Shown: one piece after another, positions 1 to 10,098 of the stretch | Numbering within the stretch: position 1 is the first letter of the stretch | Layout: each line of letters begins with the position of its first letter | Sequence record: SRR20825010_2866 | Direction: 5' to 3' (one strand) | DNA: 45,920 nucleotides | Position numbers and translations under genes: made by a program | Notes under the pieces: model-generated | What the model was told of the DNA's origin: nothing | Database searches by the model: none | Seen by the model: only the letters and a program-made list of their open reading frames with translations

Positions 1-501
1 GCCGGCCTGGTAGTGGCCTGGCACGTTGCAGGCAAACTCAATGTCGCTTTCTTCGGTAAACTTCCAGACAACCTCCTTGCTCTGCCCTGGTTCCAGCAAC
101 ACGCTGTTCGGGTCGTCATGCTTCATGGTTTTACCGTTGCCCATGTCCATATTCATCATATCCTGATTGAGCTTGCCGCCCTGGATCACGCCGTGTTCTA
201 CCATCATCATCATTTCTTTCTGATGGCCTTCATGCATGGAAGGGGTACCAATGTTGAACTCGTGGACCAGGCTACCCTCGTTCTTGACCACAAAACGCAC
301 GGTTTCACCGGTCTCAACACTGATTTCTTCCGGCTCGTAGTAGTTGTCGTACATTTCCACTGTGATAGTGCGAGAGGCCTCCGAGGCTTTACCCGGTTCG
401 CCGCTGCTGGCGCCATGGCCGCCGCCATGAGCACCGGCGGCGAGGGTCACTGCCGACATCGACATGGCAGCGGCTGCAACAATCAACTTGGATGCGTTCA
501 T
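1..501 (-). CDS. CopI-like periplasmic cupredoxin, 3'-partial (runs off the left edge; missing from ORF track)
   Basis: Manual translation from ATG at 501 (SD GGAG): MNASKLIVAAAAMSMSAVTLAAGAHGGGHG...LVHEFNIG...HEGHQKEMMMMVEHG...FACNVPGHYQAG. Signal peptide, His/Met-rich loop, type-1 Cu C-x4-H motif. Confidence 0.88.
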   Translation of the reverse strand, partial: MNASKLIVAAAAMSMSAVTLAAGAHGGGHGASSGEPGKASEASRTITVEMYDNYYEPEEISVETGETVRFVVKNEGSLVHEFNIGTPSMHEGHQKEMMMMVEHGVIQGGKLNQDMMNMDMGNGKTMKHDDPNSVLLEPGQSKEVVWKFTEESDIEFACNVPGHYQAG

Positions 502-600
502 ATTGTTTTCTCCATTAGTAAAGTGGCCGGAAATTCCGGCGTCGGTTAGCTCTGAACAAAGAGGGATGCCAAAATACGAAACACACCATCGCGCATTAAC

Positions 601-616
601 CTGAATTCTTGCTGAA
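601..616 (-). promoter_or_regulatory. Direct-repeat box 1 (TTCAG-CAAGAA-TTCAG) facing the cupredoxin gene
   Basis: 11-bp-period repeat typical of OmpR/PhoB-family sites; one of 10 similar copies. Confidence 0.7.
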
Positions 617-636
617 AATATCGAACTAATTGGTCG

Positions 637-652
637 TTCAGGCTGAATTCAG
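637..652 (+). promoter_or_regulatory. Direct-repeat box 2 (TTCAG-GCTGAA-TTCAG) facing RR1; probable autoregulatory site
   Basis: GACACT (-10-like) at 663-668, exactly 10 nt downstream. Confidence 0.72.
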
Positions 653-714
653 GTTGATCGGCGACACTCGTTTCACATTTGGCTCACAGCCTGGTTCAAA
701 GAAGGAACGTCGTG

Positions 715-1380
715 ATGCGATTACTGCTCGTTGAAGATGACCGTTTGCTGGCTGACGGACTAAGTGGACAGCTTGAAAAGGCGGGGTTCAGCGTTGATAC
801 AACCTATACAGCCAGAGAAGCCGCGATCCTGGGCGAGCAGGAGGATTATCGGGCCGCCGTTCTTGATCTTGGCCTGCCTGACGGCAACGGATTAGACGTA
901 TTAAGGAAGTGGCGAAAACACAAGATCGCCTTTCCGGTGCTCATTCTCACAGCAAGGGGCGACTGGCATGACAAAGTTGAAGGCCTCAAAGCGGGGGCAG
1001 ACGATTACTTGGCAAAACCCTTTCAGACCGAGGAGTTGATTGCCCGGCTCAACGCCATTGTGCGCCGAAGCGAAGGGCGTATTCATTCAATGGTAAAAGC
1101 CGGACGCTACGAATTGGATGAGAATCGTCAGAGCTTGAAGTCCGACGACGGCAAGGAACACAGCCTCACCGGCACCGAATTTCGCCTGCTGCGCTGTCTG
1201 ATGAGCCGTCCCGGCCATGTTTTCTCGAAAGAGCAGCTAATGGAACAGCTTTACAACTTGAACGACACTCCGAATGAGAACGTGATCGAAGCTTACATTC
1301 GCCGATTGCGGAAACTGGTTGGCAACGACACCATTGCAACCCGTCGCGGCCAGGGATATCTGTTCAATGACGCTGTTTAG
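715..1380 (+). CDS. OmpR/PhoB-family response regulator RR1 (QseB/BqsR-like)
   Basis: MRLLLVEDD, LDLGLPD, LTAR, GADDYLAKPF receiver; winged helix ending TRRGQGY; SD AAGGA. Confidence 0.95.
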   Translation: MRLLLVEDDRLLADGLSGQLEKAGFSVDTTYTAREAAILGEQEDYRAAVLDLGLPDGNGLDVLRKWRKHKIAFPVLILTARGDWHDKVEGLKAGADDYLAKPFQTEELIARLNAIVRRSEGRIHSMVKAGRYELDENRQSLKSDDGKEHSLTGTEFRLLRCLMSRPGHVFSKEQLMEQLYNLNDTPNENVIEAYIRRLRKLVGNDTIATRRGQGYLFNDAV

Positions 1381-2722
1381 TAAGCCGAGATCTGTCAAAG
1401 GCACGTTGCTTTTATTGCTACTGCCTGCCGGCATTGCGTTAATGGGGCTTGCATGGCTGGTTCACGGCCTCTTACTGGACCGAATGTCCCGGGAGTTCGT
1501 GGAGACACGTCTCAAAGATGAGGTCGCCTTTCTGGAGCACCAGATTCGTGATTCTGGCGGTCAATTGGATAGCCTCCAGACCGGTGACTACTTTCAGGAA
1601 GTCTTTCACCACGCCTTCGCCATACATTCTCCGTCCAAGACTATCATTTCCCCGGATTCGTGGGCGCCGGTGTTAACGTCGTTGATTGAATCAGCGGAGG
1701 ATGGAACCCTTCGTGTGCAGAACGGAGATACAGTCGAAGGACCCAAGAACATTCTTGCGTACCGAAAATCGTTCCAGATGGACGATACGCCGATTGTAGT
1801 GATCGTGTCCGAGGATCTCGGCGCACTGAAACGCAGCCAGGCAGAGTTGCACGCGTGGACGGCCATTGTCTCTATTCTGCTGATTCTGCTCCTGGTCGTT
1901 GTGATCTGGTTCGGTATCAATTTGTCCATGCGCCCTGTCGTCGAGCTAAAGGCTACGCTAAAGCGACTTCAAGATGGCAAGGTTTCTCGGATTCATGTTC
2001 AGGCGCCTGAGGAGTTTCGACCACTAGTCCAGCAGCTCAACCAATTACTCGATTCGCTTGATCAACGACTGGAACGGTCAAGGGATGCGCTGGCGAATCT
2101 CTCTCACAGCGTCAAGACCCCGATTGCGGCCGTCCGGCAGGTTCTTGAGGACACCAGCCGTCCACTCTCCAACGATCTCCGCCTTCAGATGACCTCGAGA
2201 CTCAATGACATCGACAAACAGCTTGAAGCCGAGATGCGCCGAAGTCGCTTTGCAGGACCACAGGTTGGAAAAAGCGCTTACCCTCTGAAACAGGCGAGGG
2301 ATCTACTTTGGATGCTGGGGCGGCTATACCCGGAAAAGTCCTTTGAACTGTCGAGTTCTCTGCCGGAGGAAGCCCGCTGGCCGATTGAGGAACACGACCT
2401 GAATGAAATCATGGGCAATCTCCTGGACAACGCAGGCAAATGGTCAGAACGATGTGTAGAGCTGTCACTCGTTCAGAATTCCGGAACACTGAAGATCTGC
2501 GTGACAGACGATGGGGCAGGCGTCCACGAGGCAGAAATCAGCAAGCTGGGTCAACGGGGATTGCGGCTGGACGAGCAGACCCCAGGCCATGGCCTTGGGC
2601 TGGCGATTGTTCGAGAGATTGTCGAACGCTACAGTGGAACCCTCCACTTCTCACCTGCTCCGAAAAGTGGGTTGTCCGTGATAGTTGACCTTCCCAGGGC
2701 GGTGCCGGTGATCAATCGTTGA
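1367..2722 (+). CDS. Sensor histidine kinase HK1 (QseC/BqsS-like)
   Basis: Two TM segments, HAMP, H-box LSHSVKTP, N-box GNLLDNAGKW, DDGAG, GHGLGL; overlaps RR1 stop. Confidence 0.95.
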   Translation: MTLFSKPRSVKGTLLLLLLPAGIALMGLAWLVHGLLLDRMSREFVETRLKDEVAFLEHQIRDSGGQLDSLQTGDYFQEVFHHAFAIHSPSKTIISPDSWAPVLTSLIESAEDGTLRVQNGDTVEGPKNILAYRKSFQMDDTPIVVIVSEDLGALKRSQAELHAWTAIVSILLILLLVVVIWFGINLSMRPVVELKATLKRLQDGKVSRIHVQAPEEFRPLVQQLNQLLDSLDQRLERSRDALANLSHSVKTPIAAVRQVLEDTSRPLSNDLRLQMTSRLNDIDKQLEAEMRRSRFAGPQVGKSAYPLKQARDLLWMLGRLYPEKSFELSSSLPEEARWPIEEHDLNEIMGNLLDNAGKWSERCVELSLVQNSGTLKICVTDDGAGVHEAEISKLGQRGLRLDEQTPGHGLGLAIVREIVERYSGTLHFSPAPKSGLSVIVDLPRAVPVINR

Positions 2723-2801
2723 CCCGGCCACCTGGTATGTGGTTAAGCGATCACATGTGGATAGTGTTTGTATAGAAAACTTTCCTCACAGTAATGCCTT
2801 T

Positions 2802-2817
2802 TTCAAGCTAGATTCAG
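2802..2817 (+). promoter_or_regulatory. Direct-repeat box 3 (TTCAA-GCTAGA-TTCAG) facing RR2
   Basis: Same consensus and spacing, ~115 nt upstream of the RR2 ATG. Confidence 0.65.
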
Positions 2818-2931
2818 CTTCGTCTGTTGTTATAGCGGGTCGCTTGAAGTCCGATCTCTTAGCTAATTTTGATTTGCTCTCGAGAAGGGCGACAGCCACA
2901 ATTTTCCAACATCCAGAGACGGCGCTTATAG

Positions 2932-3600
2932 ATGAAGGTTCTAATTGTCGAAGACAACGCGGTACTCGCAGAAAAAATCTCCGTTTGGCTTGCGAAGGAA
3001 AACTTTACTGTAGATGTTGCCCAAAACGGAAAAGAGGCAAATTTCTTCGTAGAGACAAGCAGTTATCAGGCGATCATTCTGGATATAGGACTGCCCGACG
3101 AGAACGGGCTTTCTTTGATGCAAAAATGGAGAAGCAACGGCAAAGATGAAGCCATCCTGATTCTAACTGCCAGGTCCAACTGGACAGAGAGAGTTGAAGG
3201 CTTGAATGCCGGGGCAGACGACTATCTTCCAAAACCGTTCGAATTTGATGAACTGAAAGCTCGACTTAGCGCCATCATAAGAAGAAAAGACGGGCGAACA
3301 ACTGATAAGATAGCGGTTGATGGGTTTCTTCTAAGTTCAACCTACAGAACGCTAACAACCCCTGATCATAAAGAATTCAGGCTAACCGCAACAGAGTATC
3401 GCCTTCTTCAATGCTTCCTTCGATCTCCTGACAGAGTCTTTTCCCAGGATGATCTTGTTGAATCACTTTACAATATCGAAAGATGCCCAACGCGAAATGT
3501 TGTTCAGGTATATATTGCGAGGCTTAGGAAAATACTTGGGAAAAAAAGAATAAAAACGTTGAGAGGGCAAGGTTACTATTTCGCGAGAGAGACCCACTAA
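2932..3600 (+). CDS. OmpR/PhoB-family response regulator RR2
   Basis: MKVLIVEDN, LDIGLPD, GADDYLPKPF, TLRGQGY; clear paralog of RR1. Confidence 0.95.
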   Translation: MKVLIVEDNAVLAEKISVWLAKENFTVDVAQNGKEANFFVETSSYQAIILDIGLPDENGLSLMQKWRSNGKDEAILILTARSNWTERVEGLNAGADDYLPKPFEFDELKARLSAIIRRKDGRTTDKIAVDGFLLSSTYRTLTTPDHKEFRLTATEYRLLQCFLRSPDRVFSQDDLVESLYNIERCPTRNVVQVYIARLRKILGKKRIKTLRGQGYYFARETH

Positions 3601-3610
3601 AAAATTTATA

Positions 3611-3647
3611 CTGCGAGTCACGTCAGTAACTCTCACCTGACTCGCAG
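3611..3647. terminator. Hairpin between convergent RR2 and small-protein genes
   Basis: CTGCGAGTCA...TGACTCGCAG 10-bp inverted repeat. Confidence 0.55.
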
Positions 3648-3659
3648 AAAACCAAAAAA

Positions 3660-3899
3660 TTACTGTTTCTTCAATAGATCAGCAACTAGCTCCTTGATTA
3701 CTCGATGCTCTTCCTTCAACTTCTTGACCGTCTCGCTTTCTTCAGAACGATAGTCGGAGGACCGTTCATCGATGCTCTTATCAGGGTAGCTTCTTGCCTC
3801 ATTATACCTATCTGCTTGTCCGCCATTGCTGCCTGCGAGGGCTATGGAAGCCCCGGTTCCTAGAAAAGATGCTATTAAAATTACAGACACTTTTTTCAT
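3660..3899 (-). CDS. Small secreted hypothetical protein (79 aa)
   Basis: SD GGAG, signal peptide MKKVSVILIASFLGTGASIALA, charged helical mature part, own upstream box. Confidence 0.75.
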   Translation of the reverse strand: MKKVSVILIASFLGTGASIALAGSNGGQADRYNEARSYPDKSIDERSSDYRSEESETVKKLKEEHRVIKELVADLLKKQ

Positions 3900-3973
3900 A
3901 AACAGCTCCGATATGTCATTCTATTCAACCAACGAAATTCAATCGCCTTACGCAGTTAGTAGAACATCGAAAC

Positions 3974-3989
3974 CTTAAACACATTTGAA
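3974..3989 (-). promoter_or_regulatory. Direct-repeat box 4 (TTCAA-ATGTGT-TTAAG) facing the 79-aa gene
   Basis: Consensus match; TCTACT 10 nt downstream. Confidence 0.65.
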
Positions 3990-4201
3990 TGTGGACGTAT
4001 TTTAAAGATCTTCACATTCCGTAAACTACAGGCCCACAGCTATTCAGGCAGATTTTGACAAGACTAAACGAACGACCAAAGCACAACCCCTCCAGCGTCA
4101 GGTGAGTTGCGACACGCATCAATCCCATCTATGCTTTCAAGCTCAGTCGCCTCTCTAGCCCGCAGCTAGCTCCTCCCGCTCAATCGACCATAACTAATAC
4201 C

Positions 4202-5524
4202 ATGACAGCGCAGAAAAGCATCCGAAAAACTGCACTCCAATATGGCATCGTTTTCAGCCTCTTGTATTTTCTACTAATTTTTTTCTCGCACACTTATGTA
4301 ATAGAGCAGCTCTCGAACGAGTCCAGAAAACATCGCCTTGACAAGGAGGTGGAGAGTTTTCAAACCATCATTGAAAACGAAGTTCCGACGCCCGACGAGA
4401 TTGGCAGCATGATTGATCGATTCCAATTGCTACTGGAGCACGCCCTCGTCGTCGAAATGAAAGACGGAAGCATCATTGCCAGTAGCAACATAGATCAAAC
4501 AACGTTGCGCATGGTTTCAAGAAAGCCGGCGGGCTTTGTAGAAATATCCCAAGGTGCAGATGGCCTTCTTGGATTGAAACGAGGTGTCGGAATTGATAGT
4601 CCGCTTTCGTCAGTCACCATCCTGGAAATGGAAAGCGGACTAGCTGAGCGATCCAGTGGGGCTCACCTGACCTTGCTGGCTGCCTCCGCATTATTACTTT
4701 TTGTTCTCTTGGCTCTGGTAGGCACCACTACTTACCTCGCTTTGAAACCGATCGAACACATCAAGGAAGACATGAGGAGACTGCAATCTGGCAAACAACC
4801 TCGTTTGAATCCTGACGCACCAGAGGAGTTCAGTCCGCTGATCAAACAGTTCAATAACCTACTTGAACTAGCAAGTCGTCGCCTTGACCGCCATCGCCGC
4901 CTCAATTCCGATCTTTCTCACATGGTCAAGACCTCGATCTCTGCCAATCTCGCAATCTTGTCAGACACTGGTTCATTACCTCCGTCCCGCGACGACATAG
5001 AGTTCATGACCTCCAACCTAAAGGATCTAAGCCGGTCCTTGAACTACCGCATGAGCAAGGCAGATATCTCCGGCAGGCAGATGGGGCAAACATGTTTGCC
5101 GATTGAAATAGCGAACAACGTCATTTCTGTCATGGAAAAAATCTTTCCCGATAAGAGTTTCCGTATCAATACATCCTTGCCGAATAACTTCAGTTGGCCC
5201 ATGGAGCGTCAGGACCTATCAGAGTTATTCGGTAACCTGCTCGAAAACGGCGGGAAGTGGAGTCAGGCTGAGATTGACGTTTCAATAAGCCAGACCGATT
5301 CCGGGCTAACGATAGAAGTTGCAGACGACGGCCCTGGGATTACTCCAGAAGCGGCCTCAAAAGTGATGGATAGAGGTTCCCGGCTTGACGAAACCGTTTC
5401 TGGATTTGGATTGGGACTGTCCATCGTGTCCGAAATACTAGAAGACAATTTCGGACGGATGAACATTGGCCCCTCAGAAACAGGGGGCGCCAGGATTACA
5501 GTTGTGCTTCCTTTCCCAGAGTAG
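4202..5524 (+). CDS. Sensor histidine kinase HK2
   Basis: Two TM segments, HAMP, H-box LSHMVKTS, GNLLENGGKW, DDGPG, GFGLGL. Confidence 0.92.
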   Translation: MTAQKSIRKTALQYGIVFSLLYFLLIFFSHTYVIEQLSNESRKHRLDKEVESFQTIIENEVPTPDEIGSMIDRFQLLLEHALVVEMKDGSIIASSNIDQTTLRMVSRKPAGFVEISQGADGLLGLKRGVGIDSPLSSVTILEMESGLAERSSGAHLTLLAASALLLFVLLALVGTTTYLALKPIEHIKEDMRRLQSGKQPRLNPDAPEEFSPLIKQFNNLLELASRRLDRHRRLNSDLSHMVKTSISANLAILSDTGSLPPSRDDIEFMTSNLKDLSRSLNYRMSKADISGRQMGQTCLPIEIANNVISVMEKIFPDKSFRINTSLPNNFSWPMERQDLSELFGNLLENGGKWSQAEIDVSISQTDSGLTIEVADDGPGITPEAASKVMDRGSRLDETVSGFGLGLSIVSEILEDNFGRMNIGPSETGGARITVVLPFPE

Positions 5525-5611
5525 AGCACAACCATAATTCCTCCGCCCCGCTATGACGGAGGGATTACCCTCCCCTGCTGGCGATCAAAACTGTGTATTT
5601 CCACCTCTCTT

Positions 5612-8600
5612 CTACCGTTGCATATCATCGAGTTTAGCCCTTGAGAAGCGCGTGAATAGAGCCGGTAAAACAAAAAGCGTTAGGAAAGTCGCAGTCACGA
5701 GACCACCTACAATCACGCTGGCCAGTGGCTTCTGGATTTCCGCACCCACGCCCGTCGACAATAGCATCGGTATCAAACCGAGTGCCGAGGTTATTGCTGT
5801 CATCAAGACAGGGCGCAAACGGGAGACGGCACCTTCAAACACCGCGGCATCCACGCTTAACCCATCCTGTATTCGCTGATTGATGCTTTCGACCATAACG
5901 ACCCCGTTAAGCACCGCCACACCGAACAGCGTGATAAATCCAACGGAACTGGGCACTGAAAGATACTGACCGGAGATCCAGAGTGAAAAGACGCCACCAA
6001 TAACGGCAAGCGGCACGTTGACCAGAATCAACAATGCTTGACCGACCGAACTGAAAGCAAAGTACAGCAACAGCGCGATCAGGCCCAGAGATACAGGAAC
6101 CACAATGGTCAATCGCTTCTGAGCTCGCTGCTGGTTTTCAAACTGACCACCAATATCAACCGAGTAGCCGGGGGGAAGGTTCACTTCTGACGCGATGGTA
6201 TCCTGAATATCGGCAACCACACTGCCCATGTCACGACCCTGCACATTGGACTGAATGACCACACGGCGCTGAACGTCATCGCGGCGCACCTGAGGCGGGC
6301 CAGACTCAATAGACACATCGGCCACATCGCCGAGTCTCACCCAGGCTCCGGACGGCGCCTGTAACCTGAGATCGGCAATGGCATCCCGGTCTTCCCGGAA
6401 ACGTTTGGCCAGACGCACATAGATATCATACCGCTCATTTCCGTTGATGATCTGGCCAGCGGCGGCACCACCCAGTCCATCCCGGACGACACTCATCACA
6501 TCAGACACGGCGAGTCCGTACCGGGAGAGTGCCTGACGGTCAGGCTGAACCACCAACTGCGCTTCACCAGCAATCTGCTCCATGGCCACGTCTCGTGTTC
6601 CCTGAACTGTTCGGACCGCCGCTTCAATCTTCTGGCCTTTCTCCGCCAGTACGTCGAGATCCGGGCCAAAGAGTTTGATGGCCAACTGCGCACGAACACC
6701 TGACAACAATTCATCAACCCGAGTCGCGATAGGCTGAGAAAAGTTAAACAGTAGCCCCGGGTGCTGTTCGAGCTTCTCCTCAAACAGAGCCTGCAATTCA
6801 TAGCGATTACTGGCGCTGGTCCACTCCGAAGTGGGTTTTAAGCCAATATAGATCTCTATATTGTTAACGGGCTCCGGGTCGCCGCCTATTTCTGCTCGGC
6901 CAGCCCGGGATAGAGCGTAAGTCACTTCTGGAAACTCCATCAACATGGCTTCCAGTTTTGGCGCAACTTCAAGCGCCGTATCAAGGCTTGATGAAGGGGC
7001 GAGCGTCACCCGGAGGTTGATCGTTCCTTCTTCCAGCTCAGGGACAAACTCAGTGCCGAGTCGAGGCACGACCAGAGCCGCCAGCACCACAAGAACAGCG
7101 GCAGCACCGACAACAGATCTGGTGTGTTTTAGCGACCAGTCAAGGCCCTTGCGGTAGAGCTTCTCAAGAGGTTTTAAAACGAAGCTTTCCCGCTCCCGAA
7201 TACCCTTGCGAAACATAAACGAAGCCAACGCAGGCACAACCACCAGAGCGACGATCACAGCGGACACAATGGCCAGCATGATGCTGATCGCCATTGGCTG
7301 GAAAAGCTTGGCTTCCACACCTTCAAAACTGAACAGAGGCATGAAAACGACCAGAATAATCGCCGTCGCGAAAAAGATGGGGCGCGCCACTTCCCGACCG
7401 GCTTCCTGGAGTCTAAGCGCAATGCCATGATCATCATGTGACGCGTCCAACGGATCGGGGTCGTTTTCAACCAATTCATCCCGATGGGCGTCATGCTCAG
7501 CATCGGGATGCGTCAGATGTTTGAACATGTTCTCGACCATAACAACAGAGCCGTCCACCAGCATGCCAATTGCCACAGCAATGCCGCCCAGAGACATCAA
7601 GTTGGCCGAGAGACCGAACCAGGCCATGATCATCAGCGCAATACCGATAGAAATCGGTATAGAAAGCAGCACGAGCGTTGTTGCCCGAAGATTCATCAGA
7701 CACAGGGCAAGCACGATAGCAATGAACACAAAAGCCAACAGAAGCGCATTGGTCACCGTCTCTACGGCCTTGGTCACCAGATCCGCCTGGTTGTAATAGG
7801 GCTCAAAACGAACCCCACTCGGAAGCGCCTGATTTATGCGATCAATGCGGGCCTCGATGCCGTCGATGGTGGCTTTTGTATTGGCCCCCATTCGTTTGAG
7901 TACAATGCCAGAAACCACTTCACCCAGTTGTTCAACTTGACCGTCTTCATCCTTCCGGGTCATGGTCACCGCACCCTGGCGAATTTCAGTGCCCAGCGCT
8001 ACTTGGGCGACATCGCTCACCGTCACTGTAATGCCATCACTGGTTTTAACGGGCACTTGACGGATCTGCTCCAGCCCCTGCTCGCCATTACCCAGCCAGC
8101 CCATACCGCGAATAACCAACTGCTCCTGCCCGCGGCCCATATACCAGCCCCCAACATTGGAGTTGTTGTTCTCCAGGGCTTCCATGACATCGTTCTGTGA
8201 TAAGTCATAGGACAGCATTCGCGCCGGGTTCAGGTTAACCTGGTACTGGCGGACCTCTCCGCCAAACGACAGGATTTCTGTCACCCCTTCAGCAGGTATC
8301 AGCAACAGTTTGACCAGCCAGTCGTGCAAGCTGCGCAATTCCATTGCGTCGTACCCCGAATCCGGGTCCGCTATCAGCAAGTACTGGTAGACCTGGCCAA
8401 GACCGGACGTATTCGGCCCCATTTCAGGCACCCCGACCCCGTCCGGAATCAGCTCCCGCGCGGCCTGCAACCGCTCGAAAACCAGTTGGCGCGCGAAATA
8501 GATATCCGTGCCCTCTTTAAAGACCACGGTGACACCAGACAACCCGGTTTTGGAGATGGACCGAACCTCCTCAACATCCGGCAACGCATACATCACCGCT

Positions 8601-8809
8601 TCAATGGGATAGGTGATCAGCTGCTCGACTTCCTCAGCCGCAAGTCCGGGCGCCTCTGTATTAACAGCGACCTGGACGTTTGTAACGTCGGGGAAAGCAT
8701 CAAGGTTCAGTTTTGGTATCTGAAACGCGGCCGTGGCGATAAGCACTGCAAGCGCAATAAGAACCAACAGGCGGTTCTGAACCGCCCAGTCGACAACTCG
8801 GTTGAACAT
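5612..8809 (-). CDS. czcA: Heavy-metal RND permease, CzcA/CusA family (copy 2; symbol is family-level)
   Basis: LDAFPDVTNVQV, TM4 AIGMLVDGSVVMVEN, RLRPVLMTA; 1065 aa. Confidence 0.93.
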   Translation of the reverse strand: MFNRVVDWAVQNRLLVLIALAVLIATAAFQIPKLNLDAFPDVTNVQVAVNTEAPGLAAEEVEQLITYPIEAVMYALPDVEEVRSISKTGLSGVTVVFKEGTDIYFARQLVFERLQAARELIPDGVGVPEMGPNTSGLGQVYQYLLIADPDSGYDAMELRSLHDWLVKLLLIPAEGVTEILSFGGEVRQYQVNLNPARMLSYDLSQNDVMEALENNNSNVGGWYMGRGQEQLVIRGMGWLGNGEQGLEQIRQVPVKTSDGITVTVSDVAQVALGTEIRQGAVTMTRKDEDGQVEQLGEVVSGIVLKRMGANTKATIDGIEARIDRINQALPSGVRFEPYYNQADLVTKAVETVTNALLLAFVFIAIVLALCLMNLRATTLVLLSIPISIGIALMIMAWFGLSANLMSLGGIAVAIGMLVDGSVVMVENMFKHLTHPDAEHDAHRDELVENDPDPLDASHDDHGIALRLQEAGREVARPIFFATAIILVVFMPLFSFEGVEAKLFQPMAISIMLAIVSAVIVALVVVPALASFMFRKGIRERESFVLKPLEKLYRKGLDWSLKHTRSVVGAAAVLVVLAALVVPRLGTEFVPELEEGTINLRVTLAPSSSLDTALEVAPKLEAMLMEFPEVTYALSRAGRAEIGGDPEPVNNIEIYIGLKPTSEWTSASNRYELQALFEEKLEQHPGLLFNFSQPIATRVDELLSGVRAQLAIKLFGPDLDVLAEKGQKIEAAVRTVQGTRDVAMEQIAGEAQLVVQPDRQALSRYGLAVSDVMSVVRDGLGGAAAGQIINGNERYDIYVRLAKRFREDRDAIADLRLQAPSGAWVRLGDVADVSIESGPPQVRRDDVQRRVVIQSNVQGRDMGSVVADIQDTIASEVNLPPGYSVDIGGQFENQQRAQKRLTIVVPVSLGLIALLLYFAFSSVGQALLILVNVPLAVIGGVFSLWISGQYLSVPSSVGFITLFGVAVLNGVVMVESINQRIQDGLSVDAAVFEGAVSRLRPVLMTAITSALGLIPMLLSTGVGAEIQKPLASVIVGGLVTATFLTLFVLPALFTRFSRAKLDDMQR

Positions 8810-8823
8810 AATGGCTCCCGGAA

Positions 8824-10074
8824 TCAGTGGTTGTGTGGGTCAAAGCCGCCTTTGGCAATTTCAGAGGCCACAAAAAATGCGCCCCGCGAAACGATCCGTT
8901 GGCCCGCAGTCAGGCCCGAAATTTCACGGAGTCCGCCAATTGAGCGACCCAGTTCCACTTCCACAGGCTCATACTCCCCTCCAGCCTCTTCCACATAGAC
9001 CGTCCAGTCGCCATCGGCGCCTCGCATCAACGCACTCTCCGGCACCGCAAGCACCGGTTCCGTGGTTTTAAAAAGGAAATACACATCTGCAAACATTCCG
9101 GGATGAAAACGATCTTCAGGATTGTCCAGCTCCAACCGAACAATCCGCGTGCGGGTCACAGCGTCAATGGTATGAGCTTCCTGGGATACCGTTGCCACAG
9201 CTACACGACCTGCAACTCTTACTTCCGCTTCTGCTCCTTGCTTAAGGACAATGTCGGAGTTTGCTGGCAGGTGAGCCTCTACCCAAAGTTCGCTTTCATT
9301 AGCCAGAGTCACCAGCGGTTGGCCTGCCTCAACTCTTTGTCCTTGCTCAAACTCATCGGTCAGCACTGCACCGTCCACGCGAGCCCTGAGCGTGTATTCA
9401 CCGAGACTACCTACGCCGCTGGCCTTCAACGCACCAAGGTCATCATCGTTTAGCCCATAAGCAAGCAGAGTCGCCCTCGCCGCTTCAATGTTGGCTTTCG
9501 CGGTATTGAACCGTTGATCACCCACCACGGAACGACCCAGCCCGCTGATTCGCTCCCATTCAGGAAAAGCCTTCCTGTAATCAGCCTGAGCCTGTGCCAC
9601 CGTCTCACTGAACAGGGTGACCAGTTGCTGGCCTTTGGTTACGTGCTCACCCAACTCCACATGACGTTTCAACACCACCGAGGCAACCCGGGGGGACACG
9701 TGATAGCTGGTATAGCCGTTGGTCAGCAGCTCACCGGGAGCGTAGATTTCATAGTCAACGCGCTTGCTCTCGAGGATTGCTACTTCAATGCCGGCGAGCT
9801 CTTTCTGTTTGGCATTGATGCTTGCGGTAGTTGCTTCTTCATGACCACCATCGCCCTCCTCTTCGTGGCCATGACCTTCTTCCTCTTCATGCTCACGTTC
9901 TTCAGCATGCCCGCCCTCATGCTCATCCTCTTCACCGGTGCTTTCTCGATGATCGTCGCCACCGGCGGCATGATCATGGCCGGCCTCCTTATGAGCATCT
10001 TCCTCGGCCTGCGCCAGTGAAGGAGGAGCTATAAACAGCGTCAGTACAAATACTGAAATCAGAGTTTTTTTCAT
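8824..10074 (-). CDS. czcB: RND periplasmic adaptor, CzcB family, with His/Glu-rich N-terminus (copy 2)
   Basis: MFP motifs IDAVTRT, PGMFADV, LAVPESAL; between OMF and RND genes. Confidence 0.92.
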   Translation of the reverse strand: MKKTLISVFVLTLFIAPPSLAQAEEDAHKEAGHDHAAGGDDHRESTGEEDEHEGGHAEEREHEEEEGHGHEEEGDGGHEEATTASINAKQKELAGIEVAILESKRVDYEIYAPGELLTNGYTSYHVSPRVASVVLKRHVELGEHVTKGQQLVTLFSETVAQAQADYRKAFPEWERISGLGRSVVGDQRFNTAKANIEAARATLLAYGLNDDDLGALKASGVGSLGEYTLRARVDGAVLTDEFEQGQRVEAGQPLVTLANESELWVEAHLPANSDIVLKQGAEAEVRVAGRVAVATVSQEAHTIDAVTRTRIVRLELDNPEDRFHPGMFADVYFLFKTTEPVLAVPESALMRGADGDWTVYVEEAGGEYEPVEVELGRSIGGLREISGLTAGQRIVSRGAFFVASEIAKGGFDPHNH

Positions 10075-10098
10075 GATGAATATCCAGTTTCCAGAATA

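Noticed and set aside
13-549. 178-aa His-rich plus-strand ORF
   Set aside because: Antisense shadow of the Met-rich cupredoxin gene (ATG repeats read as CAT).
3632-4106. 10-bp inverted repeat CTCACCTGAC / GTCAGGTGAG flanking the 79-aa gene (invertible segment?)
   Set aside because: Too short, overlaps a terminator hairpin, and no recombinase nearby.
4136-4151. Possible 11th box upstream of HK2 (TTCAA-GCTCAG-TCGCC)
   Set aside because: Second half-site does not match the consensus.
9830-10010. Low-complexity repeat-like DNA and overlapping His-rich ORFs
   Set aside because: Explained by the His/Glu-rich N-terminus of the adaptor protein; not a CRISPR or tandem array.
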